Origin: Antedon mediterranea
Lineage: Eukaryota > Animalia > Echinodermata
Assembly (NCBI RefSeq): GCF_964355755.1
Contig: NC_092676.1
Location: 8,099,888-8,163,887 of the forward strand
Length of the DNA: 64,000 nucleotides
Direction of reading: 5' to 3'
This document shows positions 35,905-47,600 of this stretch, one piece after another. How positions within the stretch are numbered: position 1 is the stretch's first letter; every line of letters starts with the position of its first letter. The translations under genes were made by a program, and so were the position numbers. Under the pieces are notes generated by a model. The model saw nothing but the letters and a program-made list of their open reading frames with translations. It had not been told where the DNA came from and searched no databases.

Positions 35905-37107
35905 ATTATGTCAAACACTAAATCTTTTATTTTTTGTGGTGCTATTATTTTACAATTGTTGATAATTAGTTTAATTATATGTTATGATGTGTTTTAGTCA
36001 AATAAGTTAGCTTTTTCTGTGTAGAGATAAACAAACAAAAATGTAGTAACATCCCCGTAAAATGATTGTATTTGTGGGAGAATTCTCAGGTTTTTGTTTA
36101 TTTATTTATCCCACTTTATTCACAAAATACTGATTATTTTGTATCGGTAATTTGTTATTCTAGGACCGATTGTTTTGTGATTTTTAACTAGAGTTAGTTT
36201 AGCTTAAAAAAATTGTATTTTTGTACATTTGATATTTATATGATTTTATGATAAAACCAATAACAGCTATTACAGTGCATGTATAAAGCTTACATTAATA
36301 TTTTTGTTACAGTTGCCAAATTATGCAGTTTTTAATTTTTATGTTTAGTTCATATTTAGTAAAAAGTATCATAGATTACATAGATGATTGCATGAAATTT
36401 ATTTTTTGAGTGTAGAGTAGGAGAAAAAATGCAAATTATTATGAAAAACAATACATGTTCGAATATCGTGGATAACATTTTCTAAAACAAATTTTTCTAA
36501 GAAATTGATTTCTGACGGACATTTTTATTATGTTTTATTCAACCAAATGCCAAAGGATAGATGGCTTGTTTGGCCAGGAGGTTAGTTAGTACAAAAATTA
36601 TAGATGTGGACAAGCAAAGACCAAACATTATTTTCACAAGTAAAAATACCAGTGCCCATGTGGTCTATAATTAAAGGCTGGTGTTTACACAGTACTTTAT
36701 ACAGGAATTTAAGTCTCATGTCAAAAATAGTTTGTTTTTTGAGGGATACCTTATAACATTTTTATTATGCTAGCAACAGTTTAGTTTTAATGCTTATATT
36801 GTGAAACAAACTTTATACAAACATGCAATATATTGTACTATATAGGATAAGTATCTGGGGCGGGTTGGGAAATTGCGTTTAGTAAATGATGTTATGCAAG
36901 TAAATCATTTTGTGATTTTAATTTTATAAGTTCTAGCGACTGATGCTACGTTTTTTATTTATCAAATAAATTTGCTTAGCACAATGTTAACAATATTTCT
37001 ATATGTTTCTTCATTTTTATGTTTAACATTGTTCATCACTTAAATTAAAAAATGGTAAATAATTTTAATGCCATGGGTACTTATTTGTTAGTTTTAACAA
37101 AATTTAA

Positions 37108-37760
37108 CAGTGTGGTGTTGGACTACTGATTATGCATTGCTTGTATCCTTGCCTCTCTCCGTCCAGGTATACAAATGTGTACCTGGTAAGGTCAAAACAA
37201 AACTTCGCTGATACAAAAACAACATTATGAGAGTGTTCCATACATGTTTTATCCAAAAAAATGACCGGAGTAATAATGTGAAGCGCTATATAAGAATGAT
37301 ATTAGTTAGCGGAATTGGACTTTGGTGGTTAGTTTTACAGATTACTGGTAAAACTGACAATTTATTTAACGTGTTACTCGTAGCCCTTCTGTTGGCACTC
37401 GTTTTGATATTCGTCGCTGCAGAACAGAATCTTCTTTTTAATCATATCCCATGTGTTACCAGAATTTGTAATAACTTATCCGGTGAAATTTGGAACTTAG
37501 ATATATCTGTTAATACTTTTAAAACCAAATTATTAAATTATTTCAATACCTGTACTTATTTTAAAAATAATTTTGATGTTAAAAATGTTTGTAGTTGGTC
37601 GCTTTCTTGTAAATGCTTTAATTGTAAAATGTAATTATTTTGTTTATTTCTGTGCACTGTTCTGGGTTGACCAACTAGCATAGGTGTTTAGCACCTGTTT
37701 GGTCTTTCCTTGCCTTTTATATTTTGTTTTGTCTTTTTCTTTGTATTGTATATGGCAGAA
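37108..37760 (+). mobile_element. Degenerate SINE (~37108-37310) followed by a CR1-type LINE 3' fragment (~37320-37760)
   Basis: First part resembles the 49823 SINE; the second translates TRICNNLSGEIW...FKTKLLNYF...FDVKNVCSWSLSCKCFNC, a Cys-rich CR1-like ORF2 end. Confidence 0.6.
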
Positions 37761-37908
37761 ATTTAGTTAGTTCTAATTTATAGAGAAAAAACTAAAATAC
37801 TGCATATTAAATCTTTGGGTATTGATACTTTATTCATAATCATGATTACAATACATTGTTCGTATCATCACCAAAGTATACACATTATTTACAAGATGAC
37901 AAATTAAA

Positions 37909-40294
37909 TTAATAGTATAGACTTAAATATGCTTCACGTATTGCGAATTTTCGTTTATCTTTATACGACATTAAACGACTCTTTGTTGTAGTTCCTTTAC
38001 AGTGCTCTGGCAGTAATATCGAGTCATCTGGTTGAATTTTGAGATGTTGAGGTCCGCCAAATGTCCCGTGATAAGCTACTTTCCTGTTTTTTGGAACGTC
38101 ATGTTCGTACGTTCCAGCTCTGAAAAAACAAGTATATTTATAATGTAAACCTTAGCAATTAATGATTAGGACTGAAGTTCTCTTACACTGGTTTCTAGGC
38201 GAGCCTTTTTAAACACCTTATCATGTCCATGCTTATCCAATCATATTTTGAACGTTGATAGGGTTACTGTTCATTTCTTAACCTCAAATGTCAAGGACAT
38301 TTATTGTTTCTTTTATGAATAGCATCAAAACAATATTTTAAGCTCATGGTCTACACTAACAAACTTTATGTGACAAAAAATTGTGATTTGCCTATATATG
38401 GACATGATGATGTGATGATATCACTAACATATTTTGGCACATCACACTTTTTTTGTCAAACTAGTTTGATAGGAGTAGACAGAGCTTTAAACAAACAGTA
38501 AGTATGGTATATTTATCTTACCCAGGTGTTAATTCTGGGTCTATTTGCTTGCGAAAAAACCTGTCACCACCAACATGGAATGACTTGAAAGCTGGCTTGA
38601 ACGTCCTTGGCAAGGTGGTCGACTTCTGATAAGTTGTTGGACAAGGTGTGACAGTCTAAAACATATAAATAAAATCATTTTTTTAAAAAACAACTTTCAA
38701 AGAAACACAGATAAATAAAATATAAAACGATAGTATATTCTTTTTGTTTAGGTGGCATTAGTGTAAGCAATAATCCTGTGTTTGAGTATAATCCCCGGTA
38801 TAATCCCACCCATTTATTTAGACTATTGAATACTTTGGTCAATTGCAATTCAAATATTATCCCACCCACTATTTTGTTGCCAATTTCGTAAACCCCCTGA
38901 TAGTGATATACACATTAACACCCAAATAGTTACTTATTTACATGTTTAATTAATTTCTTACCTGAAATTCTTTATTAAACCTTGGATTTGTCCTTGCACC
39001 CATTGAATACCCTTGTTTACTTGTTACTTGTTTATCAATTTCATACAGGAATGTAGTTTTCTGTGGAGAATAAGATACAATGTTACCAATTTTCAGTAAT
39101 TTTTTGTCTACAATGTATTTATTTATATGTGTCTATCATCTTGAATCTTTTCTACATTTAATTAAAAATAATGTAAAAAATGTATCAACATTTATATAAT
39201 TATTATTATATTTTTATTTTCCTCCAAAAATATAAATAAATGCATATATAAATACAAAATAAAAAGAAGAGGGTAGACAAACTGAGGACTGAGGTCCTAT
39301 AACCTTAAAGGTTTAGATGGTTTTTTTGTTTTTTTTTTGTTTTTTTTATTCAGTTGTCAACCAACAGCGATGAAACCGCCACTAACAGGTTGAATCTAAA
39401 CATAATAAACTATAAAATGTATTCAAATAAACAACACAAACATAAACAGAGATTACAGCATTAAAGAGATTTAACAATTTTACCCTAAAATACATTTAAA
39501 CTATCATAAAATAAATCAATATCCAAACAAGTAACAAGTAACCTATTAAATGTGTTAGGTAACCGCTGAAAGATACCTCGTTTTGTGCATTCAACACGAC
39601 CACAAGGAACGTGAAGCAAACACTTGCTGCGAGTACGAGTTGGTTATTCAACTTAAACAAAGCAGCAAGAGGACAATCATAAACGGAGAGGACAATCATA
39701 AACATCTAATAATATTTTTTCATTTATATAGCGCAAATTCCATTATGTTAAAATGACTGGTTGTTACCTCTGCATTGTCATAAGTCCCTGGCGCCCGATG
39801 TGGTGCTTCTTCTAACCCTAATTCAGCCCCCATACGGTTCGGTGGTAAATTTCCAGGGAACAGTGGTCTTTGTTGAGTAGTTCCAAATGATACATTGCTT
39901 TTCTTTTCTCTTCCAAGAAGAGCTGTTGATTAAAAGAAAAAAAAGTCCTTTTTTATATGACAAATATTATTAGATATTTTAAAATTTTAGATATTTATTT
40001 AAATAATATTTGTGTTCATATTGTAAAATATTTTAAGATAAAAATAATTATATAAAATAACAACATTTTTCTCAAAACATACCAGTAGGAATATTTAGTG
40101 GACTACTAAAACTACACAATAATTTAGTGTTGTAGGCCTCTATGCCTACAGGCTACTGGAAGGCCTAGACTATAGCTTATTTTTGTGTAGTTACTATAGT
40201 TATTTAATTAATTGAAACAACAAAACCAGCCTCGATAATACACGATTAAGTTACATAACTTACCCTCGAGAGATGGAAGAGTCGTTGAAGCCAT
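37909..40294 (-). CDS. PIFO: Protein pitchfork / ciliary microtubule-associated protein 3, 209 aa
   Basis: complement join(40294..40264,39922..39768,39060..38962,38655..38522,38119..37909), GT-AG, 630 nt in frame; motifs SFGTTQQRPLFP, APHRAPGTY, SKQGYSMGART.PRF, TPGAGTYE, FGGP and C-terminal R.AYLSLYY* match pitchfork. Confidence 0.9.
38341..38486. mobile_element. MITE family A copy
   Basis: Both TIRs; TTA TSD; in PIFO intron 4. Confidence 0.85.
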
Positions 40295-40421
40295 TAAAAA
40301 TTTAGGCCTCCTTAAAACTAAAAGATTATTGCGATTACTTTTCCTAGTTCTCTACTCCTTTATTATAACTTGTTGTTCCCTCTGTGTAAGGACTTTAAGT
40401 CGATGCTTATTATTGATGTCC

Positions 40422-40435
40422 ATTGCCATAGCGAC
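40422..40435. promoter_or_regulatory. RFX X-box upstream of PIFO
   Basis: ATTGCCATAGCGAC (reverse GTCGCTATGGCAAT) resembles GTTGCCATGGCAAC and lies ~130 bp upstream of the ATG of a ciliary gene. Confidence 0.65.
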
Positions 40436-41214
40436 GGCTTACGCTCTTATATACCTCTCTCATTTTACATAAATATACAATTAGATATAAACAAATTATC
40501 ATACTATTTATTTAAGTTTAAATCAAAATACTAAAATTATTATTTATCTATATACACAAATATTTATTTTTGAAATAAATATAGAGTTTAGTGGTTGTTG
40601 GGAATATTTTGTTGAGAAAGGGTCTAGCCTTTTAAACCACCAGACAATGAAAATGGAAATGCATGTGGCCTGGAATTGAAAGACTAGATGAAGAAAAAAA
40701 AAACATGTCAGCGCTCATAAAAGTTGTGTGACGAAAATCGATCAGGAAGGAAGGCTTAGTGATTGAAATATCCTAGGTTGCATTTATTATTCAAAACATA
40801 ATTACAGACTATCAATGTTACCTTGCTATGCGTTAAGTATTTCATCAGATAAAGGGCGATACAACCCTGTTAAATAATACTACTTTTAGGCCAGCCTTGC
40901 TAGGCTAGGCCCTACTCGTTGTGGTAGTGAGTGTTGCTTTCAAGTTTCCATCTCACTTACTCCCCCTGCCCGATTCAACTTGTTCCGTTCTCCTTTTAGG
41001 CCTATACGATAGACCTAGGTAGTAAAACGATCAAGGTTTGTGCCATATATTAATTAGCCTGAACTTAATTTTAGTTTTAGCTAATTTTTAATATTATGTT
41101 AAAATAATATTTATTGCACATTTTTGTTTTGCAAATATGTTTTAGTAAAATATTAATACAGAATGATATAGCCTACTTATATAGATAGACCTAGGCCTAG
41201 CTAGGCTTACATTT

Positions 41215-41555
41215 TTTTTTAACATGCCATTTTAATCTCACCTACTCCTAGGCCTAATAGTTATATTATCCAATTTGACCAAAAATTGGACCAAAAAGAA
41301 AATCTTTACCTAAAAAACTGTAATTTAAAGCGAAAAATAGTCAAATTGGCTGCCAGTCAATACAATAGGTTTTTGGTTGAATTTCACCATTTATTTTGTC
41401 ATTTTATAAGTGAAAACATTTCCGTTTTCTTCTATGACAGTGATTAACTTAAAAATACAAAATAATATTGAAAGTCTAATTTTTTATCTTTATTATTCAA
41501 GTTTTTTGGGGAAAATGCATCATTAATCTTAATTTTTTTGAGTGACAATACATCT
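41215..41555. mobile_element. Kolobok-like element, left end missing
   Basis: AAAATAGTCAAATTGGCTGCCAG core and GACAATACATCT|TTAA end. Confidence 0.65.
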
Positions 41556-41634
41556 TTAAATAAATAATTAGACCCTACATATCATTATTATTTGGATGTA
41601 AACGGAATGGTTATTCTATCTGTCACATAATAGG

Positions 41635-44600
41635 ATGACATCATCTGAAGATGTACTGTTGATTGTCGGTCAAGTGAAACACAAGAAAACTGACGGAAGT
41701 CTTTATTTAATGGCAGAACGATTAGCATGGCAAGGCCAACATGCTGATCATTTTGCTATCAGCTACCTCTATGCAGATATACGCCGTAAGTCTCAACATT
41801 CTGCATGACATGTTTTTTCTCTTTTTAACATCATTTACTTTTAAAATTATGGTCATTTTTTTTTAATGACATCATCATGTCCATATATAGGCACATCACA
41901 TTTTTTGTCACATAAAGTTTAATAGTGTAGGCAGAGCTTTAGGAAATTAATTTATTATTATTTATATTATTCTTTTTGTTTTTTTTGTGCACATTTTTGC
42001 ATCAACAAATTTATATTGAACCTATATTGTTATGCGCAGTTTTTCACAATTCAAAATACTCAATTCAAATTGAGCATAAAATTTCAAACTGTTTTTCAGT
42101 GTTATTGATGAAACCAAAGCTTGATAACCTTATATCCTTAACCATAACACGACATAAAGCTCAACCCTAAACTTTAACCCCAAAACGCTTTTCATGTGTG
42201 CCCTTTATTTCAATAGTTCTATTCTAAAATGTCTGATTTTTAAATTTATATATGAAAAATATACTTTAATGCTTTTTTGTTTCACAGAGCAAAAGATAAG
42301 CCCAGAAGGCAAGCCCAAGATTCAGTTACAGATAGTACTGCATGATGACAAGGCGGCCACGTTTCTGTTCAACAACCGAGAAGGTCAAAGTGCACAGCTA
42401 CAAGATCGAAATTCAGTCAAAGAGTTACTTCAACAAATTCTACCAAAGTTTAAGAATAAAACAAATAAAGAATTAGAAGAGAAAAACAGGTTGGTAGAAC
42501 AATTTTAATTAGGTCTTAAGATCTGTCTACACTATCTATATGACAAAAGTATGATATGCCCAAATATCACAGTGATATGTCCAAATATGGCAGTGATATG
42601 TCCAAATATGGCAGGGTTATGTCCAAATATGGCAGGGATATGTCCAAATATTGTAGTGAAATAACATCATCATGTCCATATTATTGGCACATCACATTTT
42701 TTGTGACATCAAGTTTGATAGTGTAGAGAGAGCTTTATGAAATTTAAAAAATTCTTTTCAACAGAAATTTAAGAAAAAAATTTATCTTTTGTTTATTCTC
42801 TTTTTGTTGTTTTTTATGCACATTTTTGTAAGGTAAAAAAAAATAAATCTTGATCATTTATTCCATAGAATGCTAAAAGAAGACCCTAAACTATATAATC
42901 TATACAAAGATTTAGTAGTAAGTGGCGTGATAACCGCTGAAGAGTTTTGGTCATCAAGAAAAGAAGTAGGTTCATTTACATTGATAGGAAGCAACCTAGG
43001 GCGTAAATTACGCATTACATCATTTGTCCAAGTTGTTTTCTAGCTGTGTTCAATCAATTTTCCTGTTTACCATACACCCAAAAATAGTTGGATAAGGACT
43101 ACTATATAAACCGTAGGTCCAGTGTACACATCTAGCCCATATGCACTTCCAAGATGAATAAAAGGTTACCCCGGTGTACTAGTACACACACAGCCACTGT
43201 CACACACAGCCACTGGGACCTCTGAGAGAACAGTCTTTGACTGAAGAGGCTACCCAGTATAAAGAAATATTAATAATAATAATAATAAAATAAATAAGGT
43301 ATTATATATAAAACAGTTGAACAATTTTGTTGTTATTGTAGCAAGTTGAAGGAATGAAAAATAACCAACAAGTTGGTGTATCAGCAGCGTTCTTAGCTGA
43401 CATCAAACCACAGGCGGATGGATGCAATGGGGTGAAATATAATCTAACAGTGGATGACATTCAGGCTATCTTCAAAACATACCCAGCTGGTGAGATTCCA
43501 TAGAACAGTTTATGTTTCATTTATAAAAATAGAGTTAGTAATAACCCCTCTTTTGGGACACCTAGTGGATACTTTCATTTAAGATGAACAAGAGGAAATA
43601 TATGTTCTAACACTACGTCAAGCCCCTATTCAGGGGACACCCCTATATGTGTCAACACTACACCTGTTCTAACACTACGGAAAACACCTCTATTCAGGGG
43701 GACACCCCTTTATATGTCAAACACTACACCTGTTCTAACACTACGGCAAATGTCTCTATTCAGAGGACACCCCTATATGTGTCAACAATACACCTATTCT
43801 AACACTACGGCAAATGTCTCTATTCAGAGGACACCCCTATATGTGTCAACAATACACCTATTCTAACACTACGGTAAATGTCTCTATTCAGGGGACACCC
43901 CTATATGTGTCAACAATACACCTATTCTAACACTACGGAAAACACCTCTATTCAGGGGGACACCCCTTTATATGTCAAACACTACACCTGTTTTAACACT
44001 ACGTCAAGCCCCTATTCAGGGGAAACCCCTATATGTGTCAACAATACACCTATTCTAACACTACGGAAAACACCACTATTCAAGGGACACCCCTTTATAT
44101 GTCAAACACTACACCTGTTCTAACACTACGGCAAATGTCTCTATTCAGGGGACACTCCTATATTTGTCAACACTATACAGCCACTTTGTTGGATCACAAA
44201 GTTGTCCCATAAATAATGGTCCTACTTTATTAAATAAATAGTATATATATATTAATATTACATAGCCTATGTAAATACGCTAACGTGATTGGTTGAAACT
44301 GCATCACATGACTACCGCTGCGAGGATCGTAAATCGTATATATCCTCGAGAACGATGATATTGACTGTGTAATTTTCGCGTAATTATCGTGTCCCCTGTC
44401 ATTAAACATATAGATTCTCGAGTACGATGATATTGACTGTGTAATTTTCGTGTGCCAACACTCGCGTTGCCGATAAATAAACAAAAGTCATCAACTCGAT
44501 CTTGAACTCGGGTGGAATTGTCACTCCATCGCAAGACAACGCTTCAACCGTTGCGCCACGGAAGTTGCTTGAAGAAATTAATCTTCTAAACTATTTAAAC

Positions 44601-47600
44601 TATGCATACATAGCGCCCTCATTTGTTATAAGTCCACCCTAAATGTGATGAAACACCGTTTGTGATTGGTCAATACTCACGGTAGTAACCTAGTAAGTAG
44701 TACGCGCTGAACATCCGGTGATTCGGCTCCTCGAAGATCGAGAAGAAGACGAATTGTTTATTCGGCCTACCTGATTATAATATTATTATTTTTAATAGGC
44801 TTATTGATGGAAATTCTTCTGTTAATTTAAACGACCTAGGCCTAAGTGAATATTTTATTGCCAAGGAATCATTAATTAGTAATTATCTGTATATTATTCT
44901 TCGCAAGGTAAGGTGTCTAGGCAGGCTTGTTTAAATACAATACAAATACTATAGGAGGCCTAGCCTAGCTTCACCCAACCCAGCAGACTTGTTCTTGGCT
45001 ATATAATATAACAGATATTGCCTTTTATATCGGTTAAATATAAGATTTGACATCCCCTCGGGAATGATATTAAGTTCTCGGGGAATATATATTTCCCTCA
45101 GCTGGCGCTTCGGGAAATATATATTCCCTCAAACTTAATATCATTCCCTCGGGGATGTCAAATTTTATATTTAACCTCTAAGCAGTCAATATCTGTATAA
45201 TATAAATCAAATGATATTACTAGTTGTTTTGTAGATAATTTTTTGATTTTTTTTTTTTTCGATAGTCAAAAAGACACACATGGAGAAGGTTCCAGGTGAG
45301 ATCAGTGAAGTTGAGTTCTGGAAGCGGTTCTTTCAATCACATTATTTCCACCGTGATCGGATTAACACAGGAAGCAAAGATTTGTTTGCTGAATGTGCTA
45401 AGAGTGATGAAAGAGGTTTGTTTTATTTATTTTATCTCAACTTTATTTATAGAGGGTAATTCCCTTCCAGCTGGACAAATGAATGTCAGTTGATATTCAG
45501 TTAAATGACATTTACATTGTGACAATCAAATTACAGGCTAGCTAGCACCCAAATTCTTCTAAAAGGCAGGGGATTTGAAGCCAGGACCTCAGAATTAAAA
45601 CACAACTTTTAACCATTTTATTTTAGAGATGCAACATGACATAGAGCATCAGATAAATGACCCGTTATTGAATATTGATAGAATGGAAGATATAACACAT
45701 GTGCCTGTAAGTGAAATATTGCTATTTTAAAAATTTGTATTATTTTTATTTAAATTATTTTGTTCATATTTTATTTTATGTCTTTTATGTGGCCAAGGAT
45801 TACCAATAGTAAATTAATCACTGTCCTATCAGATATGTGGTAATCCTCCTGATACAGGGGTTATTTTGTGAATTCCATCCACCGGTGTAACCCGCTACTC
45901 ATTTCGAATGATGAATTTGGTTCTTTTAACTGTACACTGTACAGTGGAACAAGGTTTCTCTTCCACCACCAGCATTAGGAGTGAGTTGGCCTCGAACCCA
46001 TGCCAATATTGTTGACTCTTTTGTACGGTAAATGGCACCCCTGCCTTTACTGCTCGACCATTTGACTCACTCGAGTCTATTCAGTGATCATAATACTTTA
46101 TTATTGTTTCAGGGCTATGGAAGTTCAGTCGATAAGCAACCCTCAACAAGCACATCTGTAGATGCCGCCCTCATCAAAAGGTTCAACCACCACAGCACCA
46201 GGGTACTAAGCGTCACAGAGTAAGCTACCTATATCTCTATTTTGCTTATATTTTATTTCTATAATGGAAATGGTAAACAATTTGACCCGAATTTTTGTCA
46301 AAACTTGACTTTTTTACTCAAAATTTTCTGCCATTTGTGTAGCAGCCATTCATATTCTGGACAGCAATTTCAGCTCCTGTTACACTTCATTTCTTGTCAG
46401 ATCCGAAAGGTCATGGTGTGTCTAAAAAAAGTTGGCTTAAGACGACCTAGGCCAAGTTTACAGCTTTTGCTCTATGCCGGTGAAATTAATTATTGCAGGC
46501 GATGATTGATTGATTGATTGATTGAAATATATATTTATACTGGGTAACCTCTTCAGTCAAAGACTGGTCTCCCAGAGGGCCCAGTTGGTGATCAGTGGCT
46601 GTGATGTACTAATACACCGGGGTAACCCCCTACTCGTCTCGAAAGATGTACTAGGTTCTTTAAAGTGCCCACGAGCAAGTTGTGTACACTGGACCTACGG
46701 TTGTACGATTGTACGATTGTACGATTGTACACTGCATAGTTCATGGGAGGTCTTTTGTTGTCCAATGAGAAGCGTTCTAATATAGACGTTGTTTTGTGTC
46801 CTGTACCATCAAAACTATGTTATATAAATCTATTTTCAGCACTAATTTGCACTTTGCAATTTCTAGTTTTACTGTTAAGCGCAGGCTTTGCAGAATGTGC
46901 TATATAAGCCTAGATTATTATTATTATTATTATAGTAAACAATACTTTTGTAAAATGTATGTATGTATGTAATGCATTTTTTTGTGTATTTCATTAGAAT
47001 CCTTTGATTTTAGGCATTTTACTCTGGTGATCTGAAGATACATTTATGTAATTTTTTTTCTATGGTATATTTATATATATGTTTTTCTATTCTGTTTCTT
47101 TTTGTTCCTACAGATCTGAAACGTCCATTTTAGCAAAACAAACCAATAAAGATAAATCAAAAGACAATAGCAATGAACCAAATCATTTCAAAAATAATTC
47201 CACTACAGATCAGTCGGCTGTTAAACGCATCCGATTAAAAGCTTCCACAACCTACGAGGACTTATCTACGCAAGAATCAGCGCGCCCTGTATCATTACGT
47301 CTTGAAAGGACGGAGCGGTATTATCATGGACCTATGCCACTTACTAATGTTAGTTATGAGACTACAGACGATGTTGTTCAAGCAACATCCGCTATGCAAG
47401 CTGAAATGGCGATGCCTCTCAGGTCTAATTTAATTGGAGTAAGTATTGCTTTGAATTCAGATCAACTGTGGATATAGGATCTGAGAAAAGGGCTGTTCAA
47501 AACAAAATTTTTTTTGTTAAATTTTGTTTGTTGATTCAAAACAACCTAGGCTGACATGAGGGCCGCAATACTAATACGATAACAATACAAACAAGAAAAA

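Noticed and set aside
37227-37634. 135-aa membrane-protein-like ORF
   Set aside because: Chimeric reading across a SINE and a CR1-type LINE fragment.
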